Positions 43,480 through 54,065 of a DNA stretch of 64,000 nt are shown here, piece after piece (positions within the stretch are counted from its first letter, which is position 1; every line of letters starts with the position of its first letter). A program made the position numbers and the translations under genes. The notes beneath the pieces are model-generated. The model saw only the letters and a list, made by a program, of their open reading frames with translations. It was not told the DNA's origin and did not search any database. Origin of the DNA: an uncultured Alphaproteobacteria bacterium (GTDB lineage Bacteria; Pseudomonadota; Alphaproteobacteria; ATCC43930; CGMCC-115725); the NCBI GenBank assembly GCA_963729935.1, contig CAVSPW010000008.1, forward strand, positions 654 through 64,653, written 5' to 3'.

Positions 43480-46400
43480 GTGTGGCTTGTCAAAATCGCG
43501 CTGAGCCGGCCCTACACGTTCATCGTGCTGGCCTTGGCGATCTTCATCATCAGCCCGATCGTGATCCTGCGGACGCCGGTCGACATCTTTCCGAACATCA
43601 ACATTCCGGTCATTTCGGTGGCGTGGACCTATACCGGCCTCAACCCGGAAGAGATGGAGGGGCGGCTCACGACCGTGTTCGAGCGCGCGCTCACCACCAC
43701 GGTCGACAACATCCAGCATATCGAGTTCGACGACCGTCAACGGCGTCGCGATCGTCAAAGTGTTCCTCCAGCCGACGGCAAGCCTCGAGACCGCCAACGC
43801 CCAAGTGACCGCGATCTCGCAGACCTTGCTGCGCGGCCTGCCGCCCGGCACGCAGCCGCCGCTGATCATCAATTACAGCGCCTCGAGCGTGCCGGTGCTC
43901 CAGCTCGGCCTTTCCGGCAAGGGATTGTCGGAGCAGCAGCTCTTCGATCTCGGGGTCAATTTCCTGCGCACCCAGCTCGTCACGGTTCCGGGCGCGGTCA
44001 TTCCGTTTCCCTTCGGCGGCAAGCAGCGCCAGGCGATGATCTATCTCCGGCCCGACCTCTTGCTCTCGAAAGGCTTGACGCCGGCCGACGTGCTCACCGC
44101 GGTCACCAACCAGAATCTGGTGCTGCCCTCGGGCACGGCCAAGATCGGCACGTTCGAATACGATGCGCGGCTCAACGCCGCCCCGCGCACCATCTCCGAG
44201 CTCAACGACATCCCGATCAAGGTGGTCGGCAATTCGACGATCTATCTGCGCGACGTCGCCACCGTCAGCGACGGGTTCCCGCCGCAGACCAACATCGTGC
44301 GCCAGGACGGCCAGCGCGGCGTGATGTTCAGCATCCTCAAGGCCGGGACGGCCTCGACGATCGACGTCGTGAACGGGATCCGCGCGCTCATTCCGCGCGT
44401 GCTCGAGACCCTGCCGCCCGCGCTCAAGGTCACGCCTTTCGACGACCAATCGATCTTCGTCAGCGCCGCGGTGTCGGGCGTCATTCGCGAGGCTGTCATC
44501 GCGACGGCGCTGACCGCGCTGATGATCCTCATCTTCCTGGGCAGCTGGCGCAGCACGCTCATCATCGCGATTTCCATCCCGCTCTCGATCCTGGGCGCGG
44601 TGATCGTACTCGGCTTTCTCGGCCAGACCATCAACATCATGACCTTGGGCGGGCTGGCGCTCGCCGTCGGCATTCTCGTCGACAACGCGACGGTGACGAT
44701 CGAGAACATCGAGCGCCACATCGCGGAATCGACCGATCTCCACACCGCCATTCTCGAGGGCGCGGCGCAGATCGCCGTGCCGTCGCTCGTCGCGACCTTG
44801 TCCATCTGCGTCGTCTTCCTGCCGATGTTCTTCCTCAACGGCGTCGCGAAATATCTCTTCGTGCCGCTCGCCGAGGCGGTCGTACTCGCGATGCTGTGGT
44901 CCTATCTGCTGTCGCGCACCCTCGTCGCGACGCTCGCCATGTATCTCCTGCGGCTCCACGTCCGTGACGCCCCGCCCTCGCGCAACCCGCTGGTGCGGGC
45001 GCAGCAGGGCTTCGAGCGCGGCTTCAATGCTTTTCGCGCCTGGTATCACGACCTCCTCATCGTGCTCGTCGCCCGCCGCGCGGTCTTCATCCCCGCCTTC
45101 TTCGCCGCCTGCCTCGCGACCTTCCTGCTGGTGCCGCTGCTCGGCCAGGATTTCTTCCCGAGCACCGATAACGGCCAGATGATCCTCCATCTCCGCGCGA
45201 GATCGGGAACGCGCATCGAGGAGACCGCCAAGCTCACCGACCAAGTCGAGGATTTCCTCCGCCGCAAGCTGCCGCGCGGCGAGATCGCGAGCATTCTCGA
45301 CAATATCGGCCTGCCCTACAGCATCATCAATTTCATGTACTCGACCTCGGGCCTCATCGGCGCGGGCGACGCCGACATCATGATCGCGTTGAAGGAGGAC
45401 CACCGGCCGACCGCGGAATATGTGCGCCTGTTGCGCAACGCGTTGCCGCGGGCCTTTCCCGGCGTCACCTTCTATTTCCTGCCCGCCGACATCGTGAGCC
45501 AGATCCTGAATTTCGGCATCCCCTCGCCGATCGACATTCAGGTCGACGGCACCGACCTCGACGGCAACCGGCAGGTCGCGGACAAGATGCTGGCCGAGCT
45601 GCGCCAGGTGCCGGGTATCGTCGATGCGCGCATCCAGCAGGCCTTCGATTACCCCGCGCTGAACATCGCGGTCGATCGCATCAAGGCGGCGCAAAGCGGC
45701 CTGACCGAACGCGACGTGGCGACGAGCGTGCTCAACATCCTGAGCGGCAGCAATCAGGTCACGCCGATGTTCTTCCTGGACCGGCAGAACGGCGTGAACT
45801 ACAGCCTCACCGCGCGGGCGCCGCAATACGACATTCAGTCGCTGCAGAACATCGCGAATATCCCGGTGAGCGCGGATGGCGGCCGCTCCAACCAGATTCT
45901 CGGCAATGTGGCGACGATCGACCGCGCGAGCGAGATGTCGGTCATCTCGCATTACAACATCCGCCGCGTCGTCGACATCTATGCCTCGGTCCAGGATCGC
46001 GACCTGGGCGCGGTCGGCCGCGACGTCGCGCGCATCGTCGACGCCAATCGGCCGCAGCTGCCGCGCGGCAGCTTCGTGACCGTGCGCGGGCAGATCGATA
46101 CGATGCGCGGCTCCTACGTCAACCTGCTCGAGGGCCTCGCTTTCTCGATCGTGCTGGTCTATCTGTTGATCGTCGTGAACTTCCAATCCTGGCTCGACCC
46201 GTTCATCATCATCACGGCGCTCCCCGCGGCGCTCGCGGGCATCGTGCTGTTTCTGTTCTTCACGCAGACGAGCCTGAGCGTGCCGGCCCTGATGGGCGCC
46301 ATCATGTGCATGGGCGTCGCCACCGCGAACAGCATCCTGGTCGTCTCCTTCGCGCGCGAGCGGCTCGCGGCGCATGGCGACGCGATCAGGGCGGCGATCG

Positions 46401-46630
46401 AGGCGGCCTTCACCCGGCTTCGCCCGGTGCTCATGACCTCGCTCGCCATGATCATCGGCATGATTCCGATGGCCTTGGGGCTCGGCGAGGGCGGCGAGGA
46501 GAACGCGCCCCTGGGCCGCGCCGTGATCGGCGGGCTGCTCCTCGCCACGGTGGCGACCTTGGTGTTCGTGCCTTGCGTGTTCAGCCTGCTGCATCAGCGC
46601 AAGACGGCGAACGCGCCGGAGGCCGGCTGA
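43480..46630 (+). CDS. efflux RND transporter permease subunit (AcrB/HAE1-like), with an apparent 1-nt insertion (frameshift) near 43725
   Basis: The N-terminal 82 aa (MWLVKIALSRPYTFIVLALAIFI...TTTVDNIQHIE) are in one frame. The rest (STTVNGVAIVKVFLQPTASLETANAQVTAISQT...) continues in the next frame. Joined, they are collinear with RND pumps of about 1050 aa. Confidence 0.9.
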
Positions 46631-47799
46631 TGGCCGCGAACGGCGCGCCCTTCTCCCGCTTCGGCATGATCGCCATCGCGATCGTCGTGCTTGCCCTGGG
46701 CGTCGGGATCTATCGCGGCATTCGCGGCCGGGCCGCCGCCGAAGCCGCCTTGACGCATGCCACCGAAGAAGCGGCGGTGCCGAGCGTCGAGGTGATCCAT
46801 CCCGAAGGCAATCCGCCCGACCAGAAGCTCGTGCTTCCCGGCAATGTCCAGGCCTTCGAGGACACGCCGATCTATGCCCGCACCAGCGGCTATCTGCAGC
46901 GCTGGCATTTCGACATCGGCGCCCATGTGAAGCGCGGCGATCTCCTCGCCGAGATCGAAACGCCCGAGCTCGACGAGCAATTGCGCCAGGCGCGCGCCGA
47001 TCTCGAAACCGCGCAAGCCAATCTCACCTTGGCGGAGAGCACGTGGAAGCGCAATCAGAGCCTGTTCAAGGGCGGCTGGGTTTCCGGCCAGGCGCGCGAC
47101 ACCGCCCTCGGCAGCTACAACGCGGACAAGACGATCGTTGCCTCGAAGGAAGCCGACGTGAAGCGCCTCGCGCAGATGCAAGCTTACGAGAAAGTCTACG
47201 CACCCTTCGACGGCATCATCACCGCCCGCAATACCGATCGGGGCGCGCTGATCGACGCCGGCGCCAACGCCTCGGCGCGCGCGCTGTTCCGCCTGTCGTC
47301 GATCGCCAAGGTGCGCATCTTCACGGCCGTTCCCGAGATCGATACCCGCTCGGTTCACACCGGCGCCGATGCGAGCGTCACCCTGGACGAATATCCGGAT
47401 GTGTCCTTCCGCGGCACGATCGTGCGCAGCACCAATGCCATCGACCCGGTCTCGCGCACCTTGACGGTCGAGATCGATGTCGACAATCCGGACGGCAAGC
47501 TGCTGCCCGGCGCCTATGCTTTCGTGCATCTCACCCTGTCGGGGGATGGGCGTTCGGGCGGCGTCACGGTGCCGGCCGAGGCCTTGATCTTCCGCAAGGA
47601 AGGCCCGCGCGTGGCGCTCGTCCGCGACGGACGCGCGCATCTCGTTCCGATCGCCATCGGCCGCGACTACGGCAACAAGGTCGAGGTCGTCTCGGGCCTG
47701 GCGCCGAGCGATGCCGTGATCCTCGATCCGTCGGATTCGCTCATCGAAGGCGCGGCGGTTGACGCCCGGCCGGAAGCCCTGGTCGGATCGAGCAAATAG
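46630..47799 (+). CDS. efflux RND transporter periplasmic adaptor subunit (MFP/HlyD family)
   Basis: An N-terminal TM helix is followed by the lipoyl/hairpin pattern GDLLAEIETPELDEQLRQARADLETAQANL...APFDGIITARN. The ATG overlaps the pump stop (TGATG). Confidence 0.85.
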   Translation: MAANGAPFSRFGMIAIAIVVLALGVGIYRGIRGRAAAEAALTHATEEAAVPSVEVIHPEGNPPDQKLVLPGNVQAFEDTPIYARTSGYLQRWHFDIGAHVKRGDLLAEIETPELDEQLRQARADLETAQANLTLAESTWKRNQSLFKGGWVSGQARDTALGSYNADKTIVASKEADVKRLAQMQAYEKVYAPFDGIITARNTDRGALIDAGANASARALFRLSSIAKVRIFTAVPEIDTRSVHTGADASVTLDEYPDVSFRGTIVRSTNAIDPVSRTLTVEIDVDNPDGKLLPGAYAFVHLTLSGDGRSGGVTVPAEALIFRKEGPRVALVRDGRAHLVPIAIGRDYGNKVEVVSGLAPSDAVILDPSDSLIEGAAVDARPEALVGSSK

Positions 47800-47883
47800 C
47801 ACGCGCGCGCGCCGCGCGACCGATGATTCCCGGTTTCACGACGATGACGGCGCGGTAGTATCGCCCTCCGGGGAGGAACCAGC

Positions 47884-48915
47884 ATGGCGGGCGAGAAGAA
47901 CATCCAGATCCTTCTGGCGGCGCGGCCGCAAGGCGCGCCCAAGGATAGCGATTTCAAGCTGATCGAAACGCCGGTGCCGGAGCCGGGCGCGGGCGAGATG
48001 CTGTTGCGCGTCGTCTATCTGGGCCTCGACCCGGTCATCCGGCTGCGCATGAATGCGGGCTCCTATTGGCCGGCTTTCGAGCTCGGCAAGCCCTTGGGCG
48101 CGCGCGTCGTCTGCGCGGTGGCGAAAACGAACCTGCCCGAGTTCCAGGAAGGCGATCTCGTCGTCACTGCCGGCATCTGGGCGAATTACATGATCTCGAA
48201 CGGCAAGGGGCTCGACGGCAAGCCGCTGCCGAAGCTCGATCCCGCGCGCGGCCCGGTCACCCTGCCGCTGCATGTGCTCGGCATCACCGGCTTGACCGCC
48301 TATTGCGGGCTCCTCGAGATCGGGCAGCCCAAGCCGGGCGAGACCGTGCTGGTCTCGGGCGCCTCGGGCGCGGTCGGCTCGATGGCCGGGCAGATCGCCA
48401 AGATCAAGGGCTGCCGCGTCGTCGGCATCGCGGGCGGCGCGGCGAAATGCGCCTTTCTTGAAAAAGAGCTCGGCTTCGACAAGGCGGTCGATTACAAGCG
48501 CGCGGATTTCGGAGACGCGCTCAAAGCCGCGCTGCCCCAAGGCATCGACGTCTATTTCGAGAATGTCGGGGGCGCCGTGTTCGACGCGGCCTTCCCGCTC
48601 CTCAACCGGCATGCGCGCGTGACCGTATGCGGCACGGTCTCGGAATACAACGTCACCGAGCGCGCGGTGGTGCCGGACAAGATCCCGGCGCTCCTGCTGG
48701 CGACCTTGGGCAAGCGGCTCACCCTGCGCGGCTTCGTCATCAGCGACTGGTTCTCGAAGATGCCCGACTTCCTGCGCGACGCGGGTCAATGGGTGCGCGA
48801 AGGCAAGATCAAATACCGCGAGGAATTCGTCGACGGGCTGGAGCGCGCGCCCGCCGCCTTCCAGGCGATGCTGAAGGCCGAGAATTTCGGCAAGGTGATC
48901 GTCAAGCTCGGCTGA
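47884..48915 (+). CDS. NADP-dependent oxidoreductase, MDR family (YncB/PTGR1/CurA-like)
   Basis: GETVLVSGASGAVGSMAGQIAKIKGCRVVGIAG is a Rossmann motif, and the C-terminal NFGKVIVKL is typical of the family. Confidence 0.85.
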   Translation: MAGEKNIQILLAARPQGAPKDSDFKLIETPVPEPGAGEMLLRVVYLGLDPVIRLRMNAGSYWPAFELGKPLGARVVCAVAKTNLPEFQEGDLVVTAGIWANYMISNGKGLDGKPLPKLDPARGPVTLPLHVLGITGLTAYCGLLEIGQPKPGETVLVSGASGAVGSMAGQIAKIKGCRVVGIAGGAAKCAFLEKELGFDKAVDYKRADFGDALKAALPQGIDVYFENVGGAVFDAAFPLLNRHARVTVCGTVSEYNVTERAVVPDKIPALLLATLGKRLTLRGFVISDWFSKMPDFLRDAGQWVREGKIKYREEFVDGLERAPAAFQAMLKAENFGKVIVKLG

Positions 48916-49097
48916 GAGCCGGCGAAGCGGCGATAGCTGCGCCGCCGCTTTTCGAATTGCGGTTACCGCAGCGCGACGCACAGATTTATACCCGCTGCCC
49001 GCCATCGGGCATGCCGGTTTAACGCAACCGAAATGCCGGCGCTCTTATAAGAAGCGTCATTGCGCGGATGCGCGGGTCTTTTTCCCTGGGACGTGGC

Positions 49098-50597
49098 ATG
49101 TCGAATAATTTTTCCCCGAACCCTCTCGGCCGGTCGTTCGGCCGGCGCGATCCCAATACGGTTTCACCGCCCGGTCCCACCGGGATCTCGCTCGAGGAGA
49201 ACGCGATCATCCAGAGCCTGATGTCGCGCACGCGGAGCATAGCCGACGCCATTCAGGAAACCGGCCAAAGAAAACCGCGCGCGGCGGCACCGAAGCCGCG
49301 CCGCCGCAAGCTCGACCGCGAGACCAGCGCAACGGCCGACCGCAGCCGCGTCGTCGTCGCGGTACGCCGCGCGCAGACCAGCGTTCTGAAAAAACTCGAC
49401 ACGGAAGCACTCAGTAAATTGTCGCGCGGCGAACTCGCCGACCAGCTCGGGCCGCTCGTCGCGGAAACGCTCGCCGACCACGCGCTGAAACTGAACCAGG
49501 TCGAGCAGCGCGATTTCGTCACCTTGCTCGTCAACGACATGATAGGCCTGGGGCCGCTGGAATCCCTTTTGGCCGACGACAGCGTCACCGATATCATGGT
49601 CAACGGCGCTGCCCAGGTCTATGTCGAGCGCGGCGGCCTGCTCGAGCTGACGGAAATCGCTTTTCGCGACAACGACCATGTCATGGGAATCGCGAACCGC
49701 ATCGCGCACCTCGTCGGCCGCCGCATCGACGAGACCTCGCCCTGCGTAGACGCCCGCCTGGCCGATGGAAGCCGCGTTCACGTCATCGCCCCGCCGCTCG
49801 CCCTGAAAGGGCCGACGATCTCGATCCGGAAGTTTTCGAAAGCCGCCATCACCTTGGAGCAGATGACGAAGCAGCGGAATCTTTCCGCGGCGATGGCCGG
49901 TTTGCTGAGCATCGCGGCGCGTTCGCGCCTGAATATTCTCATTTCCGGCGGCACCGGCTCGGGCAAGACGACTCTCTTGAACGCCCTCTCGCAGTTGATC
50001 GATCCCGGCGAAAGGATCATCACGATCGAGGACGCCGCCGAGCTTCGTCTGCAGCAGCCGCATGTAGTGCCGCTCGAGACGCGCATGACGAATCTCGAGG
50101 GCAAGGGCGAGGTAACCATTCGTGAACTGGTGCGCAATGCGCTGCGGATGCGGCCCGACCGAATCATCCTCGGCGAGATTCGCGGACCCGAAGCGCTCGA
50201 CATGCTGCAGGCGATGAATACGGGCCATGACGGCTCGCTTTGCACCATTCATGCAAACAAGCCGCGCGACGCGCTCACCCGCCTCGAAAATATGGTGGTG
50301 ATGGGAGGGGTAGGTATGCCCGCCAAGGTCCTACGTGCGCAGATTGCGAGCGCCGTGAACCTGATCGTCCAGGTCGCGCGCATGCGGGATGGCGTCCGTC
50401 GGATCACCCATATTGCGGAACTCACCGGGATGGAAGGCGACGTCATCATGATGCACGACCTCTTCACCTTCGAATTCGAAGAGCTGTCCGATGGCGCGAT
50501 CCGAGGGCGCTTCGCGGGGAGCGGATTGCGCCCGCATTTCACGCCCCGGGCACAGCATTATGGACTCGATAAGCTCCTGATCGAGGCTATGACCTGA
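49098..50597 (+). CDS. cpaF: CpaF/TadA-family type II/IV secretion ATPase (Flp pilus-type), orphan
   Basis: Walker A GGTGSGKTTLLNAL, Walker B DRIILGEIRG, His box GHDGSLCTIHAN and ITDIMVNG. The N-terminal region of about 100 aa is low-complexity. Confidence 0.9.
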   Translation: MSNNFSPNPLGRSFGRRDPNTVSPPGPTGISLEENAIIQSLMSRTRSIADAIQETGQRKPRAAAPKPRRRKLDRETSATADRSRVVVAVRRAQTSVLKKLDTEALSKLSRGELADQLGPLVAETLADHALKLNQVEQRDFVTLLVNDMIGLGPLESLLADDSVTDIMVNGAAQVYVERGGLLELTEIAFRDNDHVMGIANRIAHLVGRRIDETSPCVDARLADGSRVHVIAPPLALKGPTISIRKFSKAAITLEQMTKQRNLSAAMAGLLSIAARSRLNILISGGTGSGKTTLLNALSQLIDPGERIITIEDAAELRLQQPHVVPLETRMTNLEGKGEVTIRELVRNALRMRPDRIILGEIRGPEALDMLQAMNTGHDGSLCTIHANKPRDALTRLENMVVMGGVGMPAKVLRAQIASAVNLIVQVARMRDGVRRITHIAELTGMEGDVIMMHDLFTFEFEELSDGAIRGRFAGSGLRPHFTPRAQHYGLDKLLIEAMT

Positions 50598-50684
50598 CCT
50601 CGCCGGCGCCGCTGTTCCGGATCGGCCGCGCGGACATCGACTAGCCCGGCGCGGCTATCCTTCGCGCCGGACGGCTCCCGCCGG

Positions 50685-50830
50685 TCAGGCCGATTTGCGC
50701 CAGGGCAGCAGCATCGAGACGCGGCTCCGGTAGCGGCGGTATTCGTCGCCCAACACCTCGATCAGATCGCGCTCTCACAGCGCGATGCCGTGTCGCCGGA
50801 ATTCATCGTGAAGCGGCGCGCAGCGCGGCT
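50685..50830 (-). pseudogene. C-terminal relic of an ICMT/PEMT-like membrane methyltransferase with an in-frame stop
   Basis: The minus strand reads ...HGIAL*ERDLIEVLGDEYRRYRSRVSMLLPWRKSA*. The ERDL..FGD.YR.Y..RV.MLLP tail is characteristic of this family. The in-frame TGA lies at 50775-50777, and no upstream body is present. Confidence 0.35.
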
Positions 50831-50949
50831 CGGCTTGCGCGAGCGGATTCCGGCTTCTGGCGCGTGCAGGACATCGCGCTCCGGGGTTCGGACGATCCCT
50901 CAGACCCGGCGCCCAGCAAGATCTTCTCACTGGGCGCCGGTCACTGAGT

Positions 50950-51336
50950 CTAGCCCCTCGTCTTTTCGATCATGTGGTTGATGACGCGGCTGTGCTCGTT
51001 CTGAGGGCTGAACATGACGATCTCCGCGTCGGCGTCGACCCTGACATTATGCCCGGGCGGCCAGTAGAACAGGTCATTGGCGCCGACGGTCTCCTCCTTG
51101 CCGGCGGCGTCGGTCGTGGTGATCCGGCCGCGCAGCACGAAGCCCCAATGGGGACATTGACAGAGGTTTCCTTCCAGGCCCTGAAAGAGCGGGGCGGTCT
51201 CCACGCCCGTCGCAAGCGTGAAATACTCGCCGCTGATCTTGCCCAGCCCCTTCGCATCGCCAAAATCCATACGCTGACGGATGATGGCGCCGGGAATCTG
51301 CATCTTGATGGCCACGTCGTCCTTTGCAATTCGCAT
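50950..51336 (-). CDS. cupin domain protein
   Basis: 128 aa with CPHWGFVLRGRI...FYWPPGHN, a cupin-type pattern. SD GGAGAAGG is present. Confidence 0.65.
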   Translation of the reverse strand: MRIAKDDVAIKMQIPGAIIRQRMDFGDAKGLGKISGEYFTLATGVETAPLFQGLEGNLCQCPHWGFVLRGRITTTDAAGKEETVGANDLFYWPPGHNVRVDADAEIVMFSPQNEHSRVINHMIEKTRG

Positions 51337-51467
51337 GATCCTTCTCCTGGTTTCCTTGCGCACTCGACCGGAGGGTCTCGTGCGCGTTCGAACTCGTCGC
51401 GCGGCACACGGCCTTCGGCGTGAGGCGGATATTCTCGAACGTGACCGCCCGACGGATGCGGTCACCC

Positions 51468-52322
51468 TCACCGCTTCGTGATGACCACCTCCAAATATTC
51501 GCCCGGCACCACCATGGTGCCGTCCTTGGCCCGGTTGAGGCGCGCGATCAGCGCCTCGAGATCCGCGGTCAGGCAGATCCGGTTGCTCTCGTCGAGCGCG
51601 GCGAAGGCCTTGAGCATCGGGCCGTAGAAGGTCTTGAACACCTCGAGGAAATGCTGCGGCGAGCGGTAGCGGAAGTTGAAGGAGCGCGGCTCGATCCGGG
51701 TCGCGCTCGCGCCCGCGCCGAACATCTCGGCGAGGCCTTCGCGCGTCCCCCAACGCATCGGCGATTTTACGCCCGCGGGCGGCGGCAGATATTTGCCGAG
51801 CGTCTTGAACAACTGCCCGATGAAGCCATCCGGCGTCCAATTGGCGAGACCGAGCCGGCCTTCGGATTTGCAGACCCGCAGAAGCTCGGCGGCGGCTTTG
51901 TCCTGGTCGGGCGTGAACATCACGCCGAAGGTCGAGACCACCGCATCGAAGGCGCCATCGGCGAAGGGCAGCGCCTCGGCATCGGCCTTTTGGAATTCGA
52001 TGCCGAGGCCTTCGGCCGAGGCCCGCGCGCGACCGCGCTCCAACAGGCTCGGCACGTAATCCGTCGAAACGACGTCGCACCAGCGCCGCGCGGCGGCGAG
52101 GCTCATGACCCCGTTTCCGGCGGCGACGTCGAGCACGTTCCGGCCGGCCCGGAGATCGAGCGCCTCGCAGAGCTCCTCGGCGACGATCTGCAGGGTCGTG
52201 CCGATGACGGCATAGTCGCCCGAAGACCATGCGGTCTGCTGGCGCTGCTTCAACGCCGCGAGATCGGGATTGGGCGCAGCAGAGCCGGGCGGCGCGACGG
52301 AAATCAGAGTGGCCTGGGGCAT
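51468..52322 (-). CDS. class I SAM-dependent methyltransferase
   Basis: NVLDVAAGNGVMSLAAA, FDAVVSTFGVMFTPD and CKSEGRLGLANW. Confidence 0.85.
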   Translation of the reverse strand: MPQATLISVAPPGSAAPNPDLAALKQRQQTAWSSGDYAVIGTTLQIVAEELCEALDLRAGRNVLDVAAGNGVMSLAAARRWCDVVSTDYVPSLLERGRARASAEGLGIEFQKADAEALPFADGAFDAVVSTFGVMFTPDQDKAAAELLRVCKSEGRLGLANWTPDGFIGQLFKTLGKYLPPPAGVKSPMRWGTREGLAEMFGAGASATRIEPRSFNFRYRSPQHFLEVFKTFYGPMLKAFAALDESNRICLTADLEALIARLNRAKDGTMVVPGEYLEVVITKR

Positions 52323-52487
52323 TGTTCTCTCGCTTTCGGTTTCCTGGCGGTCACGGGGATCGCGACCGCGATCCGCGCAAGATGCCGTGCGCGCGAAGGA
52401 AAGACTTTGAGCGGCGCTTGATTTGTCCTTGAGATCGGCTTGATTATTCCTTGAGAGCGGCGACGCCTTCGGTCTGAGGAGACCCAA

Positions 52488-54065
52488 TTGGAGTTTTTCT
52501 TCGCCAATCACACGCTCGATACGGACCGGCGCGAGCTTCGCCGCGGCGCCGAGCGCATTGGCGTCGAGCCGCAGGTCTTCGACCTGCTGATCTATTTGAT
52601 CGAGAATCGCGATCGCGTCGTCAGCAAGGACGATCTCATCGCGGCCGTGTGGGGCGGGCGGATCGTGTCGGAATCGACCTTGACCAGCCGCGTCAACGCC
52701 GCGCGCAAGGCGATCGGCGACAGCGGCGAGGAGCAAGGCCTGATCCGCACCATCGCGCGCAAGGGCCTTCGCTTCGTCGGCGATGTCCGCGCGCGACCGG
52801 ACGGCGTCGAGCCGGCACGGCAAGCCGGCCTACGTCCGGACGAGATCCACGAGCCGGCGCGCCCGGCCCTGCCCTTGCCCGACCGCCCGGCCATCGCGGT
52901 GCTCCCCTTCACCAATATGAGCGGCGATCCGGAGCAGGAATATTTCTCCGACGGCATCAGCGAGGACATCATCACCGCGCTCTCGAAGCTGCGCTGGTTC
53001 TTCGTGATCGCGCGCAACTCCTCGTTCGTCTACAAGGGCAAATCCGTCCATATGAAGCAGATCGCCGAGGAGCTCGGCGTCGGCTATGTGGTCGAGGGCA
53101 GCGTGCGCAAGGGCGGCGAGCGCGTGCGCATCACGGCGCAGCTCAACGACGTCGCCACCGGCAGCCATCTCTGGGCCGAGCGCTACGACCGCGATCTCGC
53201 CGACGTGTTCGCGGTGCAAGACGAGATCACCGAGGCGATCGTCGCCGCCATCGAGCCGCAGCTCTACGCGGCCGAGAATTTCCGCGCGCAGCGCAAGCCG
53301 CCGGGCAGCATGGACGCCTGGGATCTGGTGATGCGCGCGCTGTCGCATTACTGGCGCGTGACGCGGCAGGACAATGTCGTCGCCCAGGCGCTCTTGGAAA
53401 AGGCGATCATCATCGACCCGAATTACGGCCAGGCGCTCGGCGTTCTCGCCACCTCCTACACGTTCGGCGCCCATATGGGCTGGGCCGAGATGGAAAAGGT
53501 GGTGACCCTCGCCGAGCAGGCCGCGCTCACCGCGATCCGCGCCGATGGCGAGGATCCCTGGGCGCATCATGCGCTCGCCTGCGCCTATCTCTTCCAGCGG
53601 CGCTTTTCCGATTCGCTGGCGGAGTTCGAGCTGGCGCTTCGGCTCAACCCGAATTTCTCGCTGGCGCAAGGCTTCCACGGGCTGGCGCTCGCCTATTGCG
53701 GACGCCCCGAAGAGGCCGAGCTGGCCGGACGCCGCGCCCTGCGCCTAAGCCCGCGCGATCCGTTCTCGGCCATCTTTTGCGGCATCACGGCCTACGCCCA
53801 GTTCGTCGGCCAGAACTACGCCGCCGCGATCCCGCTGGCGCGCGAGGCCGTGCGCCTGCGCGGCGATTTCGTCGGCGGCCACCGCGTGCTGACGGCCGCC
53901 GCGGCCATGGCGGGCGAGATCGAGACCGCCGTGCTCGCCTTGCAGGCGCTGCGCCGCGCGCAGCCCCATATTTCGCTCGCCTGGATCGCCGACCAAATGC
54001 CGATCCAGCGGGACGAAGACCGCGAACGGTATCTGGAAGGTTTCCGCCGCGCCGGACTGGACTAG
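52488..54065 (+). CDS. winged-helix (OmpR/CadC-type) transcriptional regulator with TolB-like and TPR C-terminal domains
   Basis: The N-terminal L..RREL.R....I.VEPQVFDLLIYLIENRDRVVSKDDLI..VW.GRIVSESTL is a Trans_reg_C domain. This is followed by IAVLPFTNMSGDPEQEYFSDGISEDIIT and TPR-like repeats. The start is TTG with SD GAGGAG. Confidence 0.75.
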   Translation: MEFFFANHTLDTDRRELRRGAERIGVEPQVFDLLIYLIENRDRVVSKDDLIAAVWGGRIVSESTLTSRVNAARKAIGDSGEEQGLIRTIARKGLRFVGDVRARPDGVEPARQAGLRPDEIHEPARPALPLPDRPAIAVLPFTNMSGDPEQEYFSDGISEDIITALSKLRWFFVIARNSSFVYKGKSVHMKQIAEELGVGYVVEGSVRKGGERVRITAQLNDVATGSHLWAERYDRDLADVFAVQDEITEAIVAAIEPQLYAAENFRAQRKPPGSMDAWDLVMRALSHYWRVTRQDNVVAQALLEKAIIIDPNYGQALGVLATSYTFGAHMGWAEMEKVVTLAEQAALTAIRADGEDPWAHHALACAYLFQRRFSDSLAEFELALRLNPNFSLAQGFHGLALAYCGRPEEAELAGRRALRLSPRDPFSAIFCGITAYAQFVGQNYAAAIPLAREAVRLRGDFVGGHRVLTAAAAMAGEIETAVLALQALRRAQPHISLAWIADQMPIQRDEDRERYLEGFRRAGLD

